A stretch of 63,859 nucleotides of DNA, filler included, from Chiloscyllium plagiosum (taxonomy: Eukaryota): assembly GCF_004010195.1 (NCBI RefSeq). It is 3 parts of one record of this genome, joined end to end, with 100 filler letters (N's around TTAATTAATTAA, not from the genome) between each part and the next. Parts side by side here need not be neighbours in the genome. Positions count along the whole stretch, not along the records: positions 1 to 28,124 come from NC_057711.1; 2 more parts are not named here. The stretch is one strand, 5' to 3'. A program made the position numbers and the translations under genes. This document shows, one piece after another, positions 12,600-26,064 of the stretch (the stretch's first letter is position 1; each line of letters opens with the position of its first letter). The notes beneath the pieces are model-generated. The model saw only the letters and a program-made list of their open reading frames with translations. It ran no database searches and was not told the origin of the DNA.

Positions 12600-15195
12600 T
12601 TTCCTTTCAAGCATCAAGGCATACAAGATGCAACAACTCAGATACCATGGCCCTTTGGAACCTTCCTCCCCTCCCCTTCACTCTGACCCAATCCCCTTCC
12701 CCAACCTCACCACCTGTTGGATATTCACCGTCCCTCCTCACCTTCCGCTCTCCGATACTGAACGTTCTGTACTCAGCAACAGTCTCAGTTTTATCCCTTC
12801 GCATCCCCACCTGAATGAATTATGGGCCTAACATGGCATCAAGCTCTTCCATCATCTTCACCTCTGTATCCAGTTCTTTGAACAAGAGTCCTCTCCATAT
12901 CCCACAGACCCCTTTGCCCAGCTCCAACAAGGTCCTCCCACCTGAACCTCATCCTCTGGCCATTTGCCCTGCACTCGATTTGTTCATTAAGAACTGTTAA
13001 CATGACATTGGTCCCTCAATTTCTCTGCCCCCTCACCCAAATCAACTGACTGCATTCTGTGCACTTAGATCCAACCCTGACTTTGTCATTAAGCCTACTG
13101 ATAAGGATGGTACTGATATAGTCTGGCGTACTAACCTGTACATTGCAGAGGCTGAGCTCCAGCTCTCAGATACCTCCTCCCATCTCCCCCTGGACCATGA
13201 CCTGTCCATGGAACATCAGGCCATTGTATCAACTACAGTCACTGACGATCCCCCACCCCACTGCCTCCAAGATGATTGTCCCCCAGCCCCGCACAGCTTA
13301 CTTCTATCGCCATCTCAAAATCCACAAACAAGACCGCCTGGGCAAAACCATTGTTTCAGCCTGCTCTTGCCTCTCAGAACTCATCTCTTCCTACCTTCAC
13401 GCAGTCTCTTTTCCCCGGCTGCAGTCCCTGCCCAATTACCTCCGTGATTTTTCGACACTTTACGCCAGTTTCAGAATTTCCAATTTGCAGGCTCCGGCCG
13501 CCTCCTCTTTACCATGGACATGCAATCCCCTTTACATGTTCATCCCCCACCAGAATGGTTTCAGGGCTCGCCGCTCCTTCCTGGAGCAAAGGCCTAAACT
13601 GTTCCTACCCATGACCACCCTCCTCTGCTTGGCTGAGCTCATCCTCACCCTGAACAACTTCTCTTTTAACTCCTCTCATTTTCTTCAGGTCAGAGGGGTG
13701 TGCATGGATTTTCGCATGGGTCCCAGTTATACCTGTCTCTTCATGGAGTACATGGAACATTCCTATTCCGGCCCTATTTCTCCGCTATATTGATGTCATC
13801 AGTGCTGCTTCTCTCTCTCATCCGGAATTGGAAAGATTAATTGATTTCATTTCCAATTTCCACTCCACCCTCACTTTCACCTGGTCCATCTCTGAATCTT
13901 CCCTTCTCTTCCTCGACATCTCTGTTTCCATTTCTGGGGATAAACTGGCCACTAGTATCTACAATAAACCCATCGACTTCCACAGCTACCTGGACTATAC
14001 ATCCTCGTACCCGGTTTCCTGTAAAGATTCCATTCTATTCTCCCAATTCCTCCGTCATATATGCTGCAAAGAAGCTAACTTCGACAAGGGAGTTGTCCAC
14101 TTCTTCCGCAACCAAGGAATCCCAGCACAGTTGTCAATAGGACCCTCGACTGGGTCCAACCCATCTCCCATACTTCCACCCTCACCCCCTCTCTTCCCTC
14201 TCACAACAGTGATTGGGATCTTCTTATCTTTACCTACTATCCCACTAACATCTGCATCCAGAAGATCACCAGCCGCCATTTCCGCCACCTCCATGAGGTG
14301 CCACCACCAGACGCATATTCCCTGCCCTCCCTTGTCCACTTTCTGCGTACCATTCCCATTGGGATATACTGGTCCATTTTTGCTTTGCTCCTAGCAACCC
14401 CCCCCCCCCCCCAACTTCCCCAAGGCATCTTCCCCCTGCATTCACCGAAGGTGCAATACCGCCCATTTATTTCCTCCTTCCTCGTATCCAAGGCCCCAGA
14501 CATACCGTCCAGGTGAAAGTACTTACCTGGACTTCACACTATCTCATCTACTGCATTCACTGCTCACAAAGTGGTTTCCCCCTACATTAGGGAAACGAAG
14601 AGTAGACTGGGTGACCACTTCGCAGAATACCTACGTTCTGCCCACAAAAACATGGCTTCAAGTAGCCTGCCACTTTAACACACCACCCTATTCCCTGGCA
14701 AACATCTCTGTCACAGGCTTAGTGCAGTGCTCCAGCAAAGGTTAGTGCAAGCTGGGAGACCAGCACCTCAGTTCCCGCGTAGCGACCCTGCAGCCTCCAG
14801 ACTCAATATCGAGTTAAAGAATTTGAAGGTCTGAACTCTCCCGTGTCCTAGCCCTCAACCCCAAGTCTTGTTATTACATTGTCTGCCATTACACCCTACT
14901 TTTTGTTAGCAACTAACAGTCTCCATTTGCAATTATTCACTCTCCTAGCCAGATCATTATCCATACCTTTGTCTGTCCAACTGTTCTTCTCTTTCTTTGG
15001 GCTCTATCCCCACCTATCATTTACTCCTTACCCTCTCCATCTTCCGAGCTACCATCAGTTCTGGGGTAGGGTCACTGGACCCTAAGCATTAACACTGATT
15101 TCTCTTCACAGATGCTGCCAGACCTGCTGAGCTTTTCCAGCAACTTCTGTTTTTGTTTCTGATTTACAGCATCCACAGTTCTTTCAGATTTTATT
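12600..15195 (+). mobile_element. Near full-length decayed Penelope-like element (RT + GIY-YIG + pLTR end)
   Basis: KIHK, LTLNNFSFNSSHFLQVRG, decayed RYIDD near 13780-13800, LLFLDISV, CKDSILFSQFLR; GIY-YIG remnant ~14520-14800; degenerate hammerhead near 15060. Confidence 0.92.
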
Positions 15196-17189
15196 TAAAT
15201 ATCTAGTCCGTTCTGTAGTAGGATTCAGCTCCACAAGCTAAACTACTGTTACCATGAGAATTGAGGCACTTAATGAGACCGCAGAGGTGTGGATCACAGA
15301 TGAGGACAATATTATCATGAGAAATCTAAGTCAAACAAACAGTCTTTCGAGTAATCTCACATTGAGCAGTGAATGATCGAGTGTACACTGTCTGTGTTGA
15401 TCTTTCAGCAGCCATCAGTTGAGCCCCAGGGATGTGGAGCTGCCTGAAATGTCTCGGCTATAAGTGCTGCTTGCTTCCCCAAAACTGATTTACTGCATGA
15501 CATTAACAGTGGCAATGTGCAGAATTCTTCAAGCATGGATAATTGCACTTAAACAGCCCCTCCCCAAAACCTGAAACCTAACATCCTTGGATGGAGATTC
15601 AGGCAGGGTGCAGCATGAGCTCCTGAAGGACACATCTCTGGTTCCTGATAACCTTTGGAGTTATGTTTAACTGGTCAGTGCAACTTGTACCAATTGCTAA
15701 TATGCAATAAACTGCCTCTTGTGTTAGACAAGTTCCTCTTCTTATTTAAATTCTATTGTAGTTTATCCTCTCCCACTGCTAGTGAGATCAGTCCATAGAC
15801 TCAATAGTGAAAGGAGGAGTGGTGGCAGCACTCTAGCAACCACAAGCCACCAATGGTTCACACTACATCATACAAATGTTCCCAGCAAGCATTAAACATC
15901 AGAATGCCTCAGTCTCTCAAACACCTCATGTTTGTTTCTTTACCAATTCTGTCCAAAGACAGGGCCCTATATGTTAATAAAACTAAGTTCCAGTACAGGT
16001 AAATGTGCCACACCACATGCCCCATTGATAATGTCAAATTGGTTGTCAGCATAATTCTTAAGAACATTCAAGACTGTTTAGCAAATGTCGAACATGAAAT
16101 CACGTTAATATCCGACACTGTATTTATAAACCTCTAAATGATTCACATTCCATTCCAATGCTCCAATCAAAGCCCACTTGTGAACCAAGCAACACTCTCT
16201 TCACTTACATTATAAAATACTGTTCCTCTTTATTCTTGCAAAGTATCCTCATATGTACAAAATGCAAAGTTTCAGTAATGGCATTTTTTCAGTAACACAA
16301 ATAGCATTATCAGAACTTCAAAATCGTAGATTCATTAACACCGTCAGCCTTGACCTATTCTGTTCTAAAAGTACCATATTTGACAGTGTCAGTCGGTGCA
16401 CAGGAATACAAGAAATAGAAACAGTACACCACTCAGTCTCTCGAATCTGCATAGCTCTCCATTATCATTATGGTCAACCTAGTTTTCCTGCCCACCCCCC
16501 CCATCCACTGATTCACCTGGAGACCAAACATGTGTCTGTCCCAGCCATAAATATCTTCAATGATGGAGCCTCTATAAATCAGTAAGGGAGGAAATTCAAG
16601 AGAAACAACTCTCTTAGTAAAGGCATTTCTTCGCAATTCAGTCTCAAACAATTGGCCAAAATCATTGCCAGTAAGAGCTAATTAGTCCCTCCTGTTGTTG
16701 TTACTGTGTTGCTCTTAACCCTTCGCTTGCTTGTGCACCTCCTCTTGCTCTTTACCCCCCTCCTCACACTGTTACTCCCTTCTCCTTCTGTTAGCTCCTC
16801 GTGTTATACTATAATTATGTGTCTTGCCTAGATTCAGGAGCAGTATGAATTTTGTGCACCTTCTGAATGCAGCCTGTGTTGTTTACACCAGGAGCTGCCA
16901 GATCAGCGATGATTTATTGCCATATTGATTTCCACTGAACAGCTGATCCCATGCCAGCTCAACTCTCAAAGTCAAACTCAGCATAAAGCCTTTTTGTACT
17001 AGGGACTAGTCTTAAACACACCATATCTAAGTCATATAGACGTCAAACACATATTAACCCCTTCCTCATACTCACTTTCCACTTGTGATCTAAAGAAGGA
17101 CTTGAATTTACACATTACAACCTCCGAGCACTGATCCCTCACAGAAAAGTGGAAAAGGTTCTGTTTAAACTTTACTTGAAAACTCTTGT

Positions 17190-17775
17190 AAGTAAGTAGG
17201 AGTAGGCCTCTCAGCCCATCGAGTGTACCCAGCCATTTAATACAATTATGACCTATCAAATATTTCAATGCTTTTTACCAACCATCTCCATAACCCTGTA
17301 CCCCACTGGCAATCGGAAATCTATCAATCTCCACCTTAAACATACCCAAATAGTAACCTTCCAAGGCAGTTTGCGATAGGGAATTCCAATGGATCACAAT
17401 CCTCTGAGTGAAAAATATTGTCATTTCCCTAAATGACCTCCCCTTAGATTTAAATTGTGCCCCCAGTTCCAGACTCTCCCACCAAGAGAAGCATCTTACC
17501 TGCATCAACCCTGTCTCTCCCTTGAACTATTTTTTAAGTTTCAGTGAAATTACCTTTCATTCTTTGAACTTTAGAGAATACAGGCCCAGTTTGCACAATC
17601 TTCCTTTATAGATCAGCGCTACTATCATAGGAACAAGTCTGGGGAACCTTCGTTGCACTCCTTCTATGACAATAATATTCTTTGAGATAAGGAGACCAAA
17701 ACTGCACAAAGTACTCTAGGTGCATTCTAACCAAGCTTTTATACAATTGAAACAGGATTTCACTAGTACTGGTCA
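17190..17775 (-). mobile_element. CR1 3' fragment
   Basis: FFTQRIVIHWNSLSQ..FKVEIDRF. Confidence 0.85.
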
Positions 17776-20099
17776 CTCATCTTGCCCCTCTTTTTGCCTC
17801 CCCGCCAAAATCCAACCCCCGAATTCCACTATCGCTTACGGCAGCCATTTGGATGTGATTGGATAATGGAATGAAAGAGAAAATAAGATACACAAAGTAT
17901 AGACTATGAGGTAGCCCAATCTTCTACTTCATGAATCTCATCAGTAACTTGGGAGCATAGAGGTTAAATATTGTTGAAAAAGGTGACATGCTGTGGAAGC
18001 TTTGCATCTTGTACTCATCAGAACAGATGCAAAAATATAAAATTTTAATGGGAGCGTCAATTTCTAGTGCACTAGAACAAGGTGAATGTACCAGAGAACT
18101 ATTGTTTTCAAAAATGGGACATATTCCTTTTGCTTGAAGAGGATAGGGCTAATAAAATCATAAGACATGGGGCATAAGTAGTCCATCCAGTTTGCTCCAC
18201 CAATGAATGAGGTCATAGCTGATCTGATAATCATCAACTCCACTTTCCTTCTGTAGCTGAGTATTAAAATGTAGCTTTTAGCAATGTGAGCCTGACTGAG
18301 CATCTTGTATAGGTTGTGACTGTGATCCTTTGAACACTTGGGACTATTCAGTAAGTTTTTTTCCCCAACTGCAGTGTCCAACATTAGATGTGATTCCATA
18401 TACTGAGTCTTGTAAGCAAGGGCTTGTTGAGTATACATACTCAACATACTACTGTACTCTACATACTGCAAACCGCAAGGTATGTTCATCCTTTCCAGCA
18501 TAATCCAAGGAATAGATATGATCCTTTGAGATGTACAGAGTATAAGGCATCACACCAACACTGAAATTAATATACCACATTACTCATTTGTGTGACAGGT
18601 ACAACATCATTTTCGCTTGACAGTAATATCTTGTTCGTCATGAACACCACTGATGTTAATATTACATTGTAGCAGCAGCATGGAATAGTTAGCTTCATCC
18701 TTTCCAGGGTAATCTGAGGAATAGCAAGTCCCTTTCAGGGCTACACAATGTGGTCTTAGTCCATCGGAAGTTTCTGTGATAGTGTGCACTAATCTATTCG
18801 GCCACTATTCTGCAGGATAGATGGTGTATTTGTCAAGTTTTTGATTTATATTCATAATAACATACACTTTTTTTATTGATGTTAAAAGGAAATAAAATTT
18901 ATCTTCTTTGATTACTGATCCTTTATCCCTGCAACTTAAGCACACATTTTGCATTATAACTTTTCATGTCACACCTTATTAAATACTTTTGGAAATCCAA
19001 GTCCACCACATCCACAGGTTCCTGCAAATAACTCTGATAAATCCACCAAGGATTCTCCAACTTCTCACAACATTCAGCGTATTTGTTAGGGTAGATGTTG
19101 ACTAAATGTTTCCACTGATGGGAGAGTCTAAAACCAAGGAACAGAGTCAAGGAATAAGGGTATATACATTTAAAACTGACTTTTAAATGTGACTCCAGCA
19201 ATGTGGTTGGCTCTCACCTTCTGTGCATATAGGGATGGGCAATAAATGCTGGTCTAGGCATTAACATCCACATTCCATGAAAGAATAAAGAGAAAGGTTA
19301 ACAATGCTTGCTGAGGCCAGAAGCTAGGTTAGACTTCCAATCTTGCTCATCATATCACTCATATCCACCACTGGAGGAGACAAAATGAAGTAGACTCTGC
19401 TGGTCTTCCAGGCCTAGCTGGGCCAAATACTGTCCCATTAGTTTCCTCCCATCATCAAAAGTCACAGAAATCTTTAAAATAAACAAATTCATAAACAACT
19501 AAGTCACTGTCGGAATCACATTGCACCAGGCATTTCCACATTCCAAACTCAAACCTTGGCCTAAGATCTACCAGAGGCCATAGTGTTCTCCTTGTCAGCA
19601 AGATAACATCTGAGTGAACACAGGACCAAGAATTCCGAGTAGACATTCAAGTGAGTTATAGCGAAAATCCTCTAGTATCTACAATCAAACTTGACACCAT
19701 GAAAGATGGTAACCAGCCGGACAGACTACAATGAAATTGTAATGCTACTGGATTAGTAAATCAGAGGACCAGGTCAATGATCTGAGATGTGGGTTCAAAT
19801 CCTATTAGGTCAGATGCTGGGACCTAAATTCAATGATCAATTGGAATTGAAAGCAAGCTTCAATGATGGTTAACATGGCAACTATCATTGACTGTCATCA
19901 AAACCCATCTGCTTCACTAACGTCCAGTTAGTAGACAAAAGGGAAGGAATTCGTTCCCTCAGACATTGGAGAATCTGGAATTCTTTGCCACAAAGAGCTG
20001 TCAAGGCTGGATCATCAAATATATTAAAGCCTGAGAGACAGATTTTTAATCAATAAGAGAATCAAGGGTTGTAGGGAAAAGGCAGAAAAGAAGAGCTGA

Positions 20100-21015
20100 G
20101 GATTAGCAAGTTTGCAGATGACAATAAGATTGGTGGAGTAGCAGACAGTGAAGGTGACTGTCAGAGAATACAGCAGAATATAGATAGATTGGAGAGTTGG
20201 GCGGAGAAATGGCAGATGGAGTTCAATCCGGATAAATTTGAGGTGATGCATTTTGGAAGATGCAATTCCAGAATGAACTACAAAGTAAGTGGAAAAGTCC
20301 TGGGAAAATTTGATGTACAGAGAGATCGAGGTGTTCAGGTCCATTGTACCCTGAAGGAGGCAACGCAGGTCGATAGAGTGGTCAAGAAGACATGCTTTCC
20401 TTCATCAGATGGGATATTGAGTACAAGAGTTGGCAGGCCATGTTACAGTTGGATAGGACTTTGGTTTGGCCACATTAGGAATACTGCATACAGTTCTGGT
20501 TGCCACATTACCAGAAGGATATGGATGCTTTGGAGAGGGTGCAGAGGAGGTTAACCAGGATGTTACCCGGTATGGAGGGCACTAGCTATGATGAGAGGTT
20601 GAGTAGATTAAGATTATTTTCATTACAAAGACGGAGGTCAAGGGGGGACCTGATTGAGGTCTACAAAATCATGAGAGATATTGACAGGGTGGATAGCAAG
20701 AAGCTTTTTCCCAGACTGGGGGATTCAATTACTAGGAGTCACAGGTCTCTCAAGGTGAGAGGGGAAAAGTTTAAAGAAGATATGCATGGAAAGTTCTTTA
20801 TGCAGAGGGTGGTGACTGTCTGGAATGCGTTGCTAGTGGAGGTAGTAGAGATGGGCACAATAGCATCAGTTAAGATGTATCTGGACAGATTCATGAATGG
20901 GCAGTGAGTAGAGGGATACAGATCCCTAAAAAATAGGTGAAAGGTTTAGATAGAGGATCTGGATCAGCGCAGACCTGAAGGGCCTGTTCCTGTGCTGTAG
21001 TTTTCTTTGTTCTTT
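20100..21015 (+). mobile_element. CR1 RT to 3' end nested in an older CR1 3'UTR (~19935-21100)
   Basis: WAEKWQMEFNPDK, DALERVQRRLTRMLPG, GDLIEVYKIM; the host UTR resumes at ~21030. Confidence 0.93.
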
Positions 21016-21427
21016 ATTTTTGTTTAATATTGGATCAGTCATGATCTCATTGAACAGTGGAGCAGATTTGATGGGCCAAATGGCCTACTAGTGGTCTTAT
21101 GGTCCTCGAGGAAACAAAATCTGCTTTCCTTACCTATTCTGGCTAACATGTGACTCCAGATCCATGGCAATGTGTGTGACTTTTAATGGCCTTCTGAAAA
21201 ACGGCTGAACAAATTCACTTGGTTCAAGGGCAATCCAGGTTGGCCAACAAATACTGGCCATGCTAACAAGACCAACTGCCCAGGAAGGAACAAAAATGAT
21301 GCCAAAACTGCAGAAACTTTTGAAGGAAATATATGATCAGGAGATGCTCAACATTCCCCAGAATCTTCAAAAGTAGCAATACAATCATTCCCCATTGACC
21401 AGACATTGAATTGAATGAACTATATCC

Positions 21428-21879
21428 AACCTCCAACGCCTAAGAACGCCTCATCTTCCGCCTCAGGACACTTCAACCCCAGGGCATCAATGTGGACTTC
21501 ACCAGTTTCCTCATTTCCCCTTCCCACACCTTACTCCAGTTCCAACCTTCCAACTCAGCACTGTCCTCATGATCTGTCCTAACTGCCAATCTCCCTTCCC
21601 ACCTATCCGTTCCACCCTCCCCTCTGACCTATCACCTCCATCCCCACCCCCATTCACCAATTGTACTCTTTGCTACCTTCTCCCCAGCCCCACCCACCCC
21701 CCACACACCCCATTTATTTCTCCACTCGACAGGTACCCTTGTCTGTATTCCTGATGAAGGGCTTTTGCCCGAAACGTCGATTTTCCTGCTCTTCGGATGC
21801 TGCCTGACCGGCTGTGCTTTTCCAGCACCACTCTGATCTAAACTCTGGTTTCCAGCATCTGCAGTCCTCACTTTTGCCT
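21428..21879 (+). mobile_element. PLE 3' end (family B) with pLTR
   Basis: ERLIFRL(G/R)TLQPQGINVDF-type C-terminus, hammerhead at 21751, flanks AACTATATC / AACTGTATC. Confidence 0.9.
21747..21782 (+). ncRNA. Minimal type I hammerhead ribozyme motif (family B)
   Basis: CTGATGA-A-GGGC TTTT GCCC-GAA ACGT C: intact core, stem II, palindromic stem III, GUC triplet. Confidence 0.8.
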
Positions 21880-21899
21880 AACTGTATCTATGCTCTGGC

Positions 21900-22170
21900 T
21901 GTATTTGATTTTGTTTACTGTCATGAGTACTTAAGTACATTGAAAAGCTTTGTTTGTGAGTAGTACAGGTAGATCTTAGTAAGCATGGACATATAGATCA
22001 TAGGGTGAAAAACAGGACATGTGCTAACAAGGTCAGCATTATTTGAAGTTAAAGAGTCCAATCATCTTTCTTAGAACAGCAGGGAAGAAGCTGTTCTTGA
22101 ACCTGTTGGTGCATGTATTCAAGTTTCTGTGTCTTCTGCCTGATGGAAGAGATTGTAGGAGAGCATGAAG
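21900..22170 (-). mobile_element. Rex1/Babar-type LINE 3' end
   Basis: LPSGRRHRNLNTCTNRFKNSFFPAVLR. Confidence 0.75.
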
Positions 22171-23322
22171 AGACAGAGAGAAGACTGGCACTTTGCACAG
22201 CTCTGCCTTACAATCTGCATGTCCTGAATCAGGAGTGTGATATTCATTTTCACCAACGGGTGCATTTGAACATATCTGAAACACCAAAAGAATATAACAG
22301 TTCAGCTGATTTGCGCTTCTGCCCAGAGGCTCGGTACTCAAGTCCTTGTCTCAGTTAACTGAGGTCACGAAGGGCAAATGTGATGGAAAGCAGAGCAAAT
22401 GAGAAGGAGGAAGTGAGAACTTTGGAGGAATCACAATTCAAATTTAAGTTGGGAGGTGGGTCAAGAGAACACCAAAGGAATTAAAGGCTTTGAAGCAGTG
22501 GCAAGGCCAATGTGGATCACACTAGAAATCAAGTTCAGGAGGGCAACAAGGGCTTTGAAGGTGCAGAATCAGTCCTTTCTCATAGTCAACCCATATTGAA
22601 ACTTTGACAGCTTTCTTGCTTCAGTCTTATTGGCTGTGTTTAACCTCCCACCTGCTTAACAGAACTGGACTTGGCACTGAATGTGACAAGAGGTACCTGT
22701 AACTTTTGAGATGTCTGGAAAAGAGAGCCATAGAACAGAACATGTCCAGTTTATAAATCAAACACTATTTAATCAGTTCCATGGATGGGGTGCGAATGAG
22801 AGGAAGCAAGAAGTAGAAAGAAATGGCAAAATAATTTAAACTGATCACTCCCTTGATAAATGAGAGTGCAAATAGGTTTAATTGAAACAAAGATGGGGGA
22901 TGGAGAATGACGTCAGCATGTTTAAGGCAATATCAAGCAGGCAACAAGAGGCTATTTATGATTTATGGGGAAATGAGAAGCTGGTTTGTTTGCTGATTTC
23001 TGCTGGAGTTTAATGAGTGAATCATTGATACTTCAGAACATGTCAAAGACTTTGTACATATTTGCACTTTAAAAAAATAGTGTACATTTAAAGGAACACT
23101 GTCATCCTAAAACTGGGTGTTGGAATCAATAAACTGTGCGGTGCTATCATTGCAGGACAGCAGAAGGTTCACCACACAGAAAGAGGCCATTCAGCCAGTC
23201 ACATTTGTTCTACTTTCTGAAGGAACAGTTCAACCAATGCCATTACCCAGCCTTCTCCCCATATGCCTGAAGAATTTTCCTTTTCAGATATCAGTCTAAT
23301 TCCCCATTGTAAGCTTCAATTA

Positions 23323-23480
23323 AACCTGCCTCGCCCACTGTCAGACAGTACATCCCAGACCCTAACCCCTCGAGTGAACCTGTCTCCCCCCTCACTCTCA
23401 GACAGTACATCCCAGACCCTAACCCCTCGAGTGAACCTGTCTCCCCCCACACTCTCAGACAGTACATCCTAGACCCTAAC
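23323..23480. repeat. ~58-bp minisatellite (~2.7 units) inside a minus-strand CR1 3' remnant (~23160-23600)
   Basis: Unit AACCTGYCTCCCCCCACACTCTCAGACAGTACATCCCAGACCCTAACCCCTCGAGTG. Confidence 0.9.
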
Positions 23481-23816
23481 CACTTGCTGCATTAAAATCT
23501 TTCGCCTTGTGTCACGTTGTTTCTTTTGCGAAATTGCCTTCAATCTTTGCTCTTGATTCTTCATCAATGGCAACATTTTGTCCTGATCACCCCTGTTTTA
23601 AATAACTAACCCACTGAGTTTATCCACTGCTGACAAACAACTGATCATGACACCATGCTGTGGATACAACTCAGTGGGATGTAAATGGTGCAGAGTAGAA
23701 GAAAAATCAAATTTCAAAATAATTTAAAGAAAAGTGGAAGAGAATAAATCTAAAAGTAGAGACAGCGAACTGAAGATTGAATGCTGGAAGCATTCACTCG
23801 AGGGGTTCTCGAGGGG

Positions 23817-24261
23817 TACAAGTATCTCACACATGGAGGGGGCAACCTTAGCAAACTCTTATCTGTGAAACCCAGTTTTGGATTGAGCCACAAGTAGCAA
23901 GAGGCCTGGTAATGCTTCTGAGCCCCATTCTAGACTTGACAGCCAAGAAGATGTCTTGATAACGTGCAGGGTAGGTGATGGCCTTGTGTTATTATCAAAA
24001 GACTATTAATCCAGGATCCAGGTTATATTCTTGGGACCCAGGTTTCAAATCTCACCACACTGACAGCAGAACTTTAATGCAATAAAAACCTGGAATTAAA
24101 ATTCCAATGATGACCATGAAACCATTGTCAATTGTAAAATCCCACATGGGTCACTGACATCCTTTAAGAAAGAAAACTGTGACCTTACTTGGTCTGACCT
24201 ACATGTAACTTCAGACCTATAGCAATGTGGTGACTCTGGGCAATTAGGGATGGACAATAAA
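23817..24261 (+). repeat. 445-bp direct duplication of 25303-25747 (unique DNA plus most of a family-B SINE)
   Basis: Near-identical at a constant offset of 1486 bp. Confidence 0.95.
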
Positions 24262-24364
24262 GTGGGGAGTGGGTCTGGGTTGGTTGCGCTTCGGCGGGTC
24301 GGTGTGGACTTGTTGGGCCGAAGGGCCTGTTTCCACACTGTAAGTAATCTAATCTAATCTAATC
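24262..24364 (+). mobile_element. HE1-type SINE 3' tail with (AATCT)n
   Basis: GGTGTGGACTTGTTGGGCCGAAGGGCCTGTTTCCACACTGTAAGT(AATCT)n. Confidence 0.9.
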
Positions 24365-24702
24365 ACACAGCTGAGAGTCTGAAAGACTGGCGGTTACATT
24401 CAGGTCATTTTTAACTATTTGCATTTCCAGCTTGGAGTTTGCATGTTGAGACCTTGTATGAGCAATTTGAACATGAATTTAGCAGATCTTGAAGCATTGC
24501 TCATCCCTGGATATTAGCTGATCATTAGTATCAATTCATAGTTTTTTTGCCATAAACAAACTTTAAGTAACATTAGAAAGCAACTATAAAGGAGATGGAC
24601 AGGTTAGTTTTATTAAAAATTCTTTAAAGTGAGGAGGAGGAGGATTAGAAGGGGTGAGGACATTTTTTATTTCTTGCAACAGTCTTTTAAAAGTAAAAAA
24701 CC

Positions 24703-25176
24703 AGTACAGTCCACACCCTAACCCCTCGAGTGAACTTGCCTTCCCCCACACCCTCAGACTGTACATCCCAGACTCTAACCCCTCAAGTGAACCTCCCTCC
24801 ACCCACACTCTCAGACAGGACACCCCAGATCCTAACCCCTTGAGTGAACCTCCCCCTCCCCCCACACTTTCAGACAGTACATTCTAGAACCTAACGCTTT
24901 GAGTGAACCTGCCTCCCCCCACACTCTCAGACAGTACAGTCCAGACCCTAACCCCTCGAGTGAACCTCCTCCTCCCCGCACACTCTCAGACAGTACATTC
25001 TAGACCCTAACCCCTCGAGTGAACCTCCTCCTCCCCCCACACTCTCAGACAGTACATTCTAGACCCTAACCCCTCGAGTGAACGTCCTCCTCCCCTCACA
25101 CTCTCAGACAGTACATTCGAGACCCTAACTCCTCAAGTGAACCTGCCTCCCCGCACACCTTCAGATAGTATACTCC
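24703..25176. repeat. 57-59-bp minisatellite, ~8 units
   Basis: Same unit as 23323-23480; AGTGAAC recurs about every 58 bp. Confidence 0.95.
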
Positions 25177-25457
25177 AATCACGGTGCTTTGCTCATTTCA
25201 GTCACTGTGTCTTGTTGATGATATAAACTTTGCAGCAGGTGTGGTAAAAATAGCATGGTCTATGTTTAATTTATCCACCGCAGTGTGAGACTTGACAAAA
25301 CATACAAGTATCTCACACATGGAGGGGGCAACCTTAGCAAACTCTTATCTGTGAAACCCAGTTTTGGATTGACCCACAAGTAGCAAGAGGCCTGGTAATG
25401 CTTCTGAGCCCCATTCTAGACTTGACAGCCAAGAAGATGTCTTGATAACGTGCAAGG

Positions 25458-25795
25458 GAGGTGATGGCCTTGTGTTATTATCAAAAGACTATTAATCCAG
25501 GATCCAGGTTATATTCTTGGGACCCAGGTTTCAAATCTCACCACACTGACAGCAGAATTTTAATGCAATAAAAACCTGGAATTAAAATTCCAATGATGAC
25601 CATGAAACCATTGTCAATTGTAAAATCCCACTTGGGTCACTGACATCCTTTAAGAAAGAAAACTGTGACCTTACTTGGTCTGACCTACATGTGACTTCAG
25701 ACCTATAGCAATGTGGTGACTCTGGGCAATTAGGGATGGACAATAAATGCCAGTCTAGCCAGTGACATCCACATCCTGTGAATGATTTTTTTTCA
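25458..25795 (+). mobile_element. tRNA-derived SINE (family B)
   Basis: Full body ending GGGCAATTAGGGATGGACAATAAATGC. Confidence 0.8.
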
Positions 25796-26064
25796 AACGT
25801 GGCCAAAGAGGTTGAGAATCAACTTGCAACTTCTTCCAAAACACACGTATGGCACATGGTAGGAGCAAGAGTGAAGAAACTATAGGAAAAAATTGAAGCT
25901 TTTACCATCACTATCCATAGTTCCAGATTACAACATTCCATCAGAACAGCAACTCGAAGACTTTACAAATGAACAGTAACACACAAGTGATAGTCAGCAC
26001 TGTTTAGAGTTCTTCACCTGAGTGAACGGATAGGCAGTGCCATCAGGTATTTGTCCATTTTACT

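Noticed and set aside
18064..18501. 145-aa minus ORF and a 10-bp inverted repeat at ~18425-18446
   Set aside because: The ORF crosses a CR1 UTR remnant and has no motif; a hairpin this short can arise by chance.
24703..25176. CRISPR-like or telomeric array
   Set aside because: Whole units repeat with no unique spacers; only one CCCTAA per unit; eukaryotic context with no cas genes.
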